DNA of 35,529 nucleotides from an uncultured bacterium (GTDB lineage Bacteria; Patescibacteriota; Saccharimonadia; UBA4664; SCTI01): NCBI GenBank assembly GCA_963721685.1, contig CAVRJJ010000001.1, positions 369,950 to 405,478 of the forward strand, read 5' to 3'. Shown piece by piece: positions 18,198 to 25,428 of this stretch (position 1 is its first letter; each line of letters starts with the position of its first letter). The notes under the pieces were generated by a model. It saw only the letters and a program-made list of their open reading frames with translations, ran no database searches and was not told where the DNA came from. The position numbers and the translations under genes were made by a program.

Positions 18198-18608
18198 CTA
18201 GCCAGCGGCGCAACCTCGAGTGCGCCCTCGCAGTGTGACCTTGCGACCCACGCGACAGCGGCGATTTCGGTCCAGCCCGCACATGGGAAGCTGCGGAACG
18301 AGAACTCGCCTGGCGTTAGCCAGCAGATCCTGGAGACCTCCCTCCTGGATTTGCTGAACATCGAGCTCGAAGATCGCCACGAGGCCCCCAGCGGAGTACC
18401 TCGAGGAACTCTGGCGGTAGAACGCCAGGATCAAATCGACATCGCTGCGCAAGAGACCCAGTGCCGCAAGAACGACCTTGGCCTCAGCGAGGAAAAGAGT
18501 TGACTCGGGTAAGTGCCAGCTCCCAGGGAGAGGCTCCGCCTGCCTGTCGTTACCGGATGCGGCGGACACGACGACTCCTCGCGACGTTGCTGTGACAGTA
18601 ACCGTCAT
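18198..18608 (-). CDS. GC-rich orphan hypothetical protein
   Basis: Strong SD GAGGAGG 9 nt before ATG 18608, high GC3 in this frame, upstream promoter-like TTGTAA-17-TACGGT, downstream hairpins; no recognisable domain. Confidence 0.55.
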   Translation of the reverse strand: MTVTVTATSRGVVVSAASGNDRQAEPLPGSWHLPESTLFLAEAKVVLAALGLLRSDVDLILAFYRQSSSRYSAGGLVAIFELDVQQIQEGGLQDLLANARRVLVPQLPMCGLDRNRRCRVGRKVTLRGRTRGCAAG

Positions 18609-18774
18609 TTCAAACAACCTCCTCGGTACTTGGAACCTACTGGTTACTTTTACCGTACTCCTAGCATAAGCGGTTTACAACCCTTTTTTTACCTGATTTG
18701 CTGCAAAAAAGAAAAGATATGGTTTGAACTAAACACTAAATCGATCGATGGCATTGTTTTATTGCTGACGACAA

Positions 18775-18829
18775 GTATCAAATTAGCATCATATCTGCGG
18801 CTAAATTGCATCAAATATGCAGCAAATCT
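18775..18829. repeat. Five degenerate tandem 11-bp repeats (consensus GCAKCAAATnT)
   Basis: GTATCAAATTA|GCATCATATCT|GCGGCTAAATT|GCATCAAATAT|GCAGCAAATCT; inverted copies at 18694-18704, 18835-18845 and 18899-18909. Confidence 0.7.
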
Positions 18830-18883
18830 GACTTGCATTTGATGGCTATAACCGTGAAAAAAAAGACTTCACTTAAAAAATAC

Positions 18884-18912
18884 TTGACATTATTGCATAT
18901 ATTTGCTATAGT
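18884..18912 (+). promoter_or_regulatory. Near-consensus sigma70 promoter of the Rpf-like gene
   Basis: TTGACA(18884-89)-17 bp-TATAGT(18907-12) with extended -10 TG and an A-tract UP element. Confidence 0.8.
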
Positions 18913-18919
18913 AGTGTTC

Positions 18920-19071
18920 GTGTCGAATTTCCTGTCATATGTGCAGGATTTTTTGATACTAAGGGCTTACTTTTAAACGCGGGCATTTCAGTAATGAAAG
19001 CTGCACAGTAACGTCCTTACGGCTCGAAAGAACCGTAAATGGGTGAAAAGGAGTTTTTCTTATTTCCCATG
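18920..19071 (+). promoter_or_regulatory. Structured 5' leader, candidate cis-regulatory RNA
   Basis: Four consecutive hairpins, two capped by GNRA loops (GUAA, GAAA); the last pairs the SD and start codon. Confidence 0.6.
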
Positions 19072-19605
19072 TATAACGTACACAAGCTGATATCCTGGAT
19101 TCTTGTCCTTGCCAGCACCCCAGTAGGTATGGCCGCGGCCCTTCCGGTCCACCTTACCTCAACTGCATACGCTTCTAACGCGACCGCTCCTTACCAAATG
19201 ACACTAGATACTACTCAGGCTAAAGCGATTCGGGTTATAGCCCGTCCGCTGCCAAATTTTGACACCGATGTTTTACAGCCCTTAAAGGCTAAGCAGGCTG
19301 CTGACGCTGCCCACAAGGCCCAAGCTGTTCGGACGATTGCCGTTAAAATGGTAACCGCTCCGGTTGGCGAGGATGCCCTTGCTAGGCTTCGCTATTGTGA
19401 AGCTGGGGGCATCTATGACCGTAACTCCGGTAACGGCTACTACGGTGCCTATCAGTACAGTATTAGCACCTGGAACAATTACGGCGGTTACGCCCGAGCC
19501 GACTTGGCTCCGGCGGCCGTCCAGGACGAAAAGGTCCGAGCCGACGTCGCCAGACGCGGGTTCACCCCTTGGCCGTCTTGCGCTCGCCGCTTAGGCTTGC
19601 TGTAA
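19069..19605 (+). CDS. Secreted Rpf-type (resuscitation-promoting factor) transglycosylase domain protein
   Basis: Signal-like N-terminus; C-terminal RLRYCEAGG...NSGNGYYGAYQY...TW..YGG...A...Q......GFTPWPSC with catalytic Glu and both Cys. An alternative start exists at 19039. Confidence 0.88.
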   Translation: MYNVHKLISWILVLASTPVGMAAALPVHLTSTAYASNATAPYQMTLDTTQAKAIRVIARPLPNFDTDVLQPLKAKQAADAAHKAQAVRTIAVKMVTAPVGEDALARLRYCEAGGIYDRNSGNGYYGAYQYSISTWNNYGGYARADLAPAAVQDEKVRADVARRGFTPWPSCARRLGLL

Positions 19606-19641
19606 CTAAAAACCACTCCCTCTTGGAGTGGTTTTTAGTTA
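19603..19641. terminator. Bidirectional intrinsic terminator
   Basis: Perfect 17-bp inverted repeat TAACTAAAAACCACTCC/GGAGTGGTTTTTAGTTA between convergent genes. Confidence 0.85.
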
Positions 19642-19919
19642 GTACTTATTCCGGCTGAACCAAAGAAAATACCTTGGATAAAATCAAGGAGATAACGGAT
19701 AAAGGCATAGATATCTGCCAATACTTCCCCTACCAAAGGGATCAAGAATGGTAGCAACAAAATCGCGACAATAATAAATAGCACGTGCTGGCGGATAAGC
19801 ACCACCAATAGACCAATCAAACCAATTAAAATTAAGAGGGCGGCCACCCACTGGAGTGACTCTGGGAAAATCGTAACAAACTCATGGAACGCCGAAATTA
19901 AAAACTCATACAGGCCCAT
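19635..19919 (-). CDS. Small hydrophobic membrane protein
   Basis: 94 aa with two to three TM helices; starts 7 nt downstream of the SPFH gene. Confidence 0.7.
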   Translation of the reverse strand: MGLYEFLISAFHEFVTIFPESLQWVAALLILIGLIGLLVVLIRQHVLFIIVAILLLPFLIPLVGEVLADIYAFIRYLLDFIQGIFFGSAGISTN

Positions 19920-19926
19920 ACCGGTG

Positions 19927-20688
19927 TTAGCGCTTGGGCACTTCTGAGTTTACAAAGTCATTAATTTCTTTCACCGAGTTCATCAATTGGCTGGGGAAAA
20001 TAATGGTTGAGTTCTTTTCAGTTGCAATCTCGCCTAGTACTTGAAGGTTGCGCAGCTGCATGGCGATAGGGTGGGCCGCGATAATATCGGCGGCGTCACC
20101 TAGCTTAGCAGCGCTTAAGAACTCCCCTTCGGCGGCGATTACCTTGGCGCGCTTTTCACGTTCGGCTTCAGCCTGACGAGCCATCGCCCGCTGCATTGAT
20201 TCAGGCAATTGGATATCCTTAAGTTCAACCACACTGATAACCACGCCCCAATTCTCGGTTTGGGCATCAAGTATTTTCTTAATAGCCACATTAATCTTCT
20301 CGGTATCGCTTAACACCTCGTCGAGCGCTGACTGGCCAACAATGTTACGCACCGTAGTTTGGGCAATCTGGTTAATCGCGATGGTAACGTTATCAATCGC
20401 TACAATCGACTTTACCGGGTCGCCAATAAGGTAGTAGGCTACAGCTGAAACCCCAATAGACACGTTGTCCCTGGTAATAATATTCTGGGACTGCACCGGC
20501 ATGGTTAATATCCGCATGTTGACCTTACGCATTTGGTCGATAATAGGAATGATAAAGCGCAGACCGGGTTGGCGCACCCCACCCTGGACCTTGCCTAACC
20601 GAAAGACCACCCCCCTTTCATACTGCTGCACAATCCGCACGCTGAAGAAGAGCAAAACAATAATAAGGCCTACCAAATACCATCCCAT
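19927..20688 (-). CDS. SPFH/stomatin-like (slipin) protein
   Basis: [48 protein letters not shown]. Confidence 0.95.
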   Translation of the reverse strand: MGWYLVGLIIVLLFFSVRIVQQYERGVVFRLGKVQGGVRQPGLRFIIPIIDQMRKVNMRILTMPVQSQNIITRDNVSIGVSAVAYYLIGDPVKSIVAIDNVTIAINQIAQTTVRNIVGQSALDEVLSDTEKINVAIKKILDAQTENWGVVISVVELKDIQLPESMQRAMARQAEAEREKRAKVIAAEGEFLSAAKLGDAADIIAAHPIAMQLRNLQVLGEIATEKNSTIIFPSQLMNSVKEINDFVNSEVPKR

Positions 20689-20753
20689 GCTATAAGTCCT
20701 CAGTTAGTACTGGCTATTATGCGCTTAGGGCAGCCAGAAGGCAAAATCTTAGG

Positions 20754-20979
20754 GTAGGCTTACCGGATAGCAACTTTTCTGAGCATGGTCACCATGGATT
20801 ACGCCGGGTGACGACATGCCATAAAAGTTCTACCACGGCGCGCCAACCGTGTTAACTACTTATGGTACCAATCCTTCTTCTCTATTTGACTACTATGCAT
20901 TCTGATATTATCCGATCAGGATGGTATCAGACGATATGTGTAGACAAGGGAAGAACGTATTGGTGGCCTATAAGCCTAT
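20754..20979 (+). ncRNA. Candidate ~225-nt structured non-coding RNA, family unassigned
   Basis: The ends pair (GTAGGCTTA/TAAGCCTAT); two long irregular hairpin arms (20765-20834, 20864-20968); G-U pairs favour the + strand; no ORF. Confidence 0.62.
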
Positions 20980-22244
20980 TGAAAGCGCTGTTGAAGCTCT
21001 TTAACGATATTGGAAAGGGCAATCATTTCCTGGGCGCCTGAGCGCATATCCCGGACAATAACCGTTTCTTCCTGCACTTCCTTTTGGCCAATAATCACCG
21101 CGTAGGGTACGCCCAAACGGTTGGCACGTTCCAATTGCGCCCCGATACCGTCCTTATCTACCGCCCCGACAGCGCCAACACCCGCGTCAAGCAGTCGTTC
21201 AATGAGGGTAAACCCGGCCAAGCGAGCCGGCTCGCCCAGGCTTGCGATGTAGACCTGTACTGGTTGGGGCTCTGGTAGGTTAATTCCTTCCGCTTCCATC
21301 TCTAGGATTACCCGCTCTATACCAATTCCGAATCCCGCTGCCGGGGTTGGCTGTCCGCCAAGCTGTTCCACTAAATTGTCATAACGTCCGCCGCCGCCGA
21401 GGCTGCTTTGCGAGCCTTCGCGTTCTCCGTATATCTCAAAGACGGTATGGGTGTAGTAGTCAAGCCCGCGCACAAGCTGAGGATTGATGTCATAAGAAAT
21501 TGAAAGTTGATCCAAATATTCACGCACGCATTTAAAGTGATCGGTGCTAGCTTCAGATAAAAAGTCCAAAATACTCGGCGACTTGGCGACAACTTTTTGG
21601 GTCATTTTTTCCTTGGAATCTAGCACACGGAACGGATTAGACTTTACGCGTTCCCGATCAATCTCGGCCAGCTTATCTTTGTGTGAATCAAGGAAGGTAA
21701 TCAACGCTTTAGTGTAGGCAGCACGGTCGGCGGCGTTACCTAAACTGTTGAGTTGCAAGCGGGTTTTGCGCAGGCCTATTGTCTGGAGAAAACGCAGCGC
21801 CAGCGTAATTGTTTGGGCGTCGATGCTTGGAGACGTATCACCCAGCACCTCAACGCCCACCTGGGTAAATTGGCGCTGGCGGCCGGCCTGGGGACGGTCA
21901 TAGCGAAACATCGGACCAGCAATCTGCAGCTTAACCGGCTTTGGCCAGCTTGCCATGCCATGCTCTATATAAGCGCGTACCACCCCGGCAGTCGGCTCCG
22001 GACGCAGCGCCACCTCGTTGCCAGAGCGGTCATTAAACACATACATCTCTTTACTTACGGCATCGGTGCCGCTGCCAAGTCCGCGTACAAATACTCCGGT
22101 ATCTTCAACAAAAGGGACAGCTATGGGGCGATAACCGGCCGCGTCTGCAAGCCGGCGGAAGGTACCGAGTAGATAATCATAGCGATAATGCTGTTCCGGT
22201 AATAGGTCCGGCATTCCGCGTACGCGCTGAAACTGCTTAGCCAC
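20976..22244 (-). CDS. hisS: Histidine--tRNA ligase
   Basis: RGMPD, KEMY, LRPEPTAG, FRYDRPQAGRQRQFTQ, LVRGLDYY, GGGRYD, GFGIGIER; GTG start after AAGGAGG. Confidence 0.97.
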   Translation of the reverse strand: MAKQFQRVRGMPDLLPEQHYRYDYLLGTFRRLADAAGYRPIAVPFVEDTGVFVRGLGSGTDAVSKEMYVFNDRSGNEVALRPEPTAGVVRAYIEHGMASWPKPVKLQIAGPMFRYDRPQAGRQRQFTQVGVEVLGDTSPSIDAQTITLALRFLQTIGLRKTRLQLNSLGNAADRAAYTKALITFLDSHKDKLAEIDRERVKSNPFRVLDSKEKMTQKVVAKSPSILDFLSEASTDHFKCVREYLDQLSISYDINPQLVRGLDYYTHTVFEIYGEREGSQSSLGGGGRYDNLVEQLGGQPTPAAGFGIGIERVILEMEAEGINLPEPQPVQVYIASLGEPARLAGFTLIERLLDAGVGAVGAVDKDGIGAQLERANRLGVPYAVIIGQKEVQEETVIVRDMRSGAQEMIALSNIVKELQQRFQ

Positions 22245-22362
22245 TGGCCTCCTTACATTCAAGTGAATTTAGATTTCAAACTAGCACACTGCTACCGCAA
22301 CGTGCAAGCAGCGCGGGAAGGCGCGCAGAAAACGAAAATGAACACGAATCTAGTTCAACCGG

Positions 22363-24042
22363 CTATTTTATTGCCAGCAAGCCAAGCTGCAAACTCACCT
22401 TATCGTTCCATTGGTTTTTTTGGATGTAGCATTGGACATTGATGGTTTGCCCTTTTCGCAAACCGGGATAGTGCTCTGCCAAGCCAAAGCCAATTGCCTC
22501 AAAAATACTGCCATGAGGATCGGCCAACTTTATTTTCAGATGATTTTTCTGCTTTCCAATGGTTTCAGCGCTCACGATTTTCATACCCTCAATCGCAAAA
22601 CACGGCTGGGTATTGCCATTACCAAACGGCTCAAGCAGCGACATGGTGTTGTAAAAATCCCAATTAATCTGCCGGGTGTCTTCAATTTTTAAATCAATCT
22701 TTCGTCCTGCCTGAGCCGGCAAACTATCTGCCATCTGACGATAATGGCCGTTCAGGGCAATCCTTAAGAGCCCAATATGATTGGTTGGCAGCGTGAAGCC
22801 AGCCGCGAAATCATGGCCGCCAACCTTCGTGAATAAGTTTTGATTGGCGCGTAACCCTTCAATCAAGCTATAGCCGTTAGCGCTGCGCCCGGATCCTTTG
22901 GCATGGTCAGACTTGACCTGCAACACCAGTGTTGGCTTTCCGTAGCGCTCGGCCAGCTTCGATGCGACAATACCAACCACACCGTGCGACCAGCCTGGAT
23001 CCGCCAGGACCAAAACCGGGTCGCTGGAATACATGTCGGCCAAAGCGCTGGCCTCTTGGGTAATCCGCTCCTGTTCAAGCTGGCGCTGGTGGTTTAGCTC
23101 TTCGAGCTGGAAAGCCATAGCTTGAGCTTCAATCGGATCTTTGGTGATAACCAGCTCTAAGCTGTAGTTGGCGTGTTCAAGCCGCCCGGCCGCGTTGAGC
23201 CGCGGACCCAGCCCAAAGCCTAAGTGGTGGGACCGCATTTCACTCAGCTCAATACCGGCGCTTTGCGCCAAGGCAACCAGCCCAACCCTGCGGGTTTTAC
23301 GCAGTACCTGTAACCCAAAGTTAACAAGAACCCGATTTTCGCCTACCAGCGGCATCACATCGCACACCGTTCCCATCGCTACCAGGTCGAGCAACCACTT
23401 TTCGTGACCGGCATGGGGGACCCCGGTACGCTGCTGAAGTGCCCGCATAACGGCAAAGGCCACGCCCGCCCCAGCCAGCTCTTTAAAGGGGTAATCGTCG
23501 CCAGGGCGCTTAGGATTTACTACCGCGCAGGCCACAGGGATCTCGGTGCCCACGTCGTGATGGTCGGTAATCACTAGGTCAAGCCCATTCTCTTTGGCCC
23601 ACTCCGCTTCAGCAATCGAAGTGATACCGCAATCAACTGAAACTACCAGTGTTACTCCCTGCTCCTTCAGTTCCTCCAGGGCGCTTATATGAATACCATA
23701 GCCCTCGTCATAGCGGTCAGGTATATAGGTTAAGGGTTGCAAGCCATGCTGCTGGAGGACTTCGGCCATTAAGGCAGTTGAAACGATACCGTCAATGTCA
23801 TAATCGCCGTATACCGCGACACGCTCGCCGGTCGTGATTGCCTGTCGCAACCTGGCCACGGCCGCGTCCATGTCTGTCATCCGGAAGGGATCAGCTAAAT
23901 CGGTGTCATAATTAGGGTTTAAGAACGCGTGAATAGCCGGGTCACTTACGAGCCCGCGGGCATGCAAGAGTTCTCTCACGAGTAATGGCAGTGAAGATGT
24001 GAGAGGATTCTGCGGTGTTGCTGTTGTAGATTCCACCTGCAT
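22363..24042 (-). CDS. recJ: ssDNA exonuclease RecJ
   Basis: GDYDIDG, DCG, TDHH, PRLNAAGRL, GSGRS, GGHDFAAG, PFGNGN. Confidence 0.96.
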   Translation of the reverse strand: MQVESTTATPQNPLTSSLPLLVRELLHARGLVSDPAIHAFLNPNYDTDLADPFRMTDMDAAVARLRQAITTGERVAVYGDYDIDGIVSTALMAEVLQQHGLQPLTYIPDRYDEGYGIHISALEELKEQGVTLVVSVDCGITSIAEAEWAKENGLDLVITDHHDVGTEIPVACAVVNPKRPGDDYPFKELAGAGVAFAVMRALQQRTGVPHAGHEKWLLDLVAMGTVCDVMPLVGENRVLVNFGLQVLRKTRRVGLVALAQSAGIELSEMRSHHLGFGLGPRLNAAGRLEHANYSLELVITKDPIEAQAMAFQLEELNHQRQLEQERITQEASALADMYSSDPVLVLADPGWSHGVVGIVASKLAERYGKPTLVLQVKSDHAKGSGRSANGYSLIEGLRANQNLFTKVGGHDFAAGFTLPTNHIGLLRIALNGHYRQMADSLPAQAGRKIDLKIEDTRQINWDFYNTMSLLEPFGNGNTQPCFAIEGMKIVSAETIGKQKNHLKIKLADPHGSIFEAIGFGLAEHYPGLRKGQTINVQCYIQKNQWNDKVSLQLGLLAIK

Positions 24043-24120
24043 ATTTTAAGTATAACAGGCTTGGTATTTATACCGCTAGGCTATTTCACGGCTTACTTAC
24101 CTTATTGCTATTAATCCCAA

Positions 24121-24402
24121 CTACGCGGCGTGGCGCTTAGTTGCTTGCGACTTAAGGACGATACTTTGAAGCTCACGGTATAAGGTGAATTTTTGATTGG
24201 CAGTGTAGACGTTCGTATTGGCTTGACGATGGGCTTTAACAAAGCCGATTTCTTCAAGTTTTTTGAGTTCCCGTTGAACATTGCCGGGATCTTCTTTGAT
24301 CATTTGGGCAAGGCCACGGACGTGAGCTTTATAGTCTGGATACTTAGTAAACACAGTAATAATTTTGCGGCGTGTTTTTGACGTAATGAAAACTTCTAGC
24401 AT
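24121..24402 (-). CDS. Winged helix-turn-helix protein
   Basis: SKTRRKII...HVRGLAQMIKEDPGNVQRELKKLEEIG...Y.AN; has its own promoter-like TTGCAT-17-TACTAT upstream. Confidence 0.85.
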   Translation of the reverse strand: MLEVFITSKTRRKIITVFTKYPDYKAHVRGLAQMIKEDPGNVQRELKKLEEIGFVKAHRQANTNVYTANQKFTLYRELQSIVLKSQATKRHAA

Positions 24403-24492
24403 TGTTTTTCTTACAACCCTCTCTTAGTTCAAGCTCACCAAGTGTTACTTCCATAGTAGCGAACCGGGGCAATAAATGCAAACTGCTTTTGC

Positions 24493-25428
24493 TTATATTT
24501 TAGATTCCGACTTAAGCGTTTGGCTTTTTTGAGATGTGAGGCCAACTCGCTTTTGGCGCCAGTTATGCCAGGTAACGAGCAGCGGCGAGGCCGTTAAAAT
24601 GGATGAATAGGTTCCTGAAGCAATACCCACCAGCAGTGCCAAAATGAAAAGCTTGATGGACTCCCCTCCCACCAGGTAGAGCGCCAGCAAAGCCAGCAGT
24701 ACGGTCAAGGAAGTATTGAGTGAACGCGCCAGCGTTTCCAGGATGCTGGTATTCACTATGCCTTCAAAGCTGCCCCGTTCGCGACGCAGGTTTTCCCGGA
24801 TCCGGTCAAACACCACAATGGTGTCATGCACCGAAAACCCGATAGCCGTTAAGACCGCCGTGATAAACAGCGAATCAATTTCAACCTGGGCCACAGCACC
24901 AAGGATCGAGAACATCCCCACCAGGAGTAAAGCGTCGTGAAGCATGGCAATAATGGCCACAACACCGAACTGCCAAGAGGTCATTGGAGGAGGAATGTTA
25001 CGGAAGGCAAAAGCGATATAAAGCACAATCGCCAATGAGGCTACCGCCACACTGATGATGGCGTTGCGGGTAATGTCGCGGCTAACGGAAGGGCCAACGG
25101 TTTCAAACGAAACCTCTTGGTGGCCCTTGGCCGCTAACTCTTTGGTTAATGTTTGATGATTAGCTTGCTGGCCTTTCGGGTTAGCCTCATCCCGATAGCG
25201 AATCAATGAATTGTCGCCGCTGCTGACAATGTTAACGTCTTTTAGCTCCAGACGGTCGGTCGTAGCCTTAATCTCGTCTAAGCTTAGTTGGCCGGCCACC
25301 TCAAGGTTTTGGCCACCCTTAAATTCAATCCCTAATTGCAGACCGTTCACTACCAGCGAGATGGTGCCCGGAACGATAATGAGCAAGGAAATAAAATACC
25401 AAAGCTTGCGTTTGCCTACAAGATTCAC
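24493..25428 (-). CDS. secF: Protein translocase subunit SecF
   Basis: LGIEFKGG, VGPSV, HD, GFSVHDTIVVFDRIRE, RSLNTS, GTYSS. Confidence 0.96.
   Translation of the reverse strand: MNLVGKRKLWYFISLLIIVPGTISLVVNGLQLGIEFKGGQNLEVAGQLSLDEIKATTDRLELKDVNIVSSGDNSLIRYRDEANPKGQQANHQTLTKELAAKGHQEVSFETVGPSVSRDITRNAIISVAVASLAIVLYIAFAFRNIPPPMTSWQFGVVAIIAMLHDALLLVGMFSILGAVAQVEIDSLFITAVLTAIGFSVHDTIVVFDRIRENLRRERGSFEGIVNTSILETLARSLNTSLTVLLALLALYLVGGESIKLFILALLVGIASGTYSSILTASPLLVTWHNWRQKRVGLTSQKSQTLKSESKI

Noticed and set aside
17947-18503. Overlapping ORFs 17947-18282, 18017-18361 and 18165-18503
   Set aside because: They are by-products of high GC. Only the 18608 frame has an SD, and the G-U pairs in the downstream hairpins support minus-strand transcription. 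A frameshifted continuation cannot be fully excluded.
18775-18829. Tandem repeats as a CRISPR array or plasmid iterons
   Set aside because: The units are 11 bp, degenerate and have no spacers; there are no cas or rep genes.
18920-19071. c-di-AMP (ydaO) or c-di-GMP riboswitch assignment
   Set aside because: The conserved segments I remember for these classes are not present in order, so the leader is left unassigned.
20754-20979. tmRNA, RNase P RNA, SRP RNA, or a small ORF
   Set aside because: There are no tRNA-like ends or tag frame, no GAGGAAAGUCC-type P4 motif and no SRP helix-8 motif; the ATG-started frames I checked are very short.
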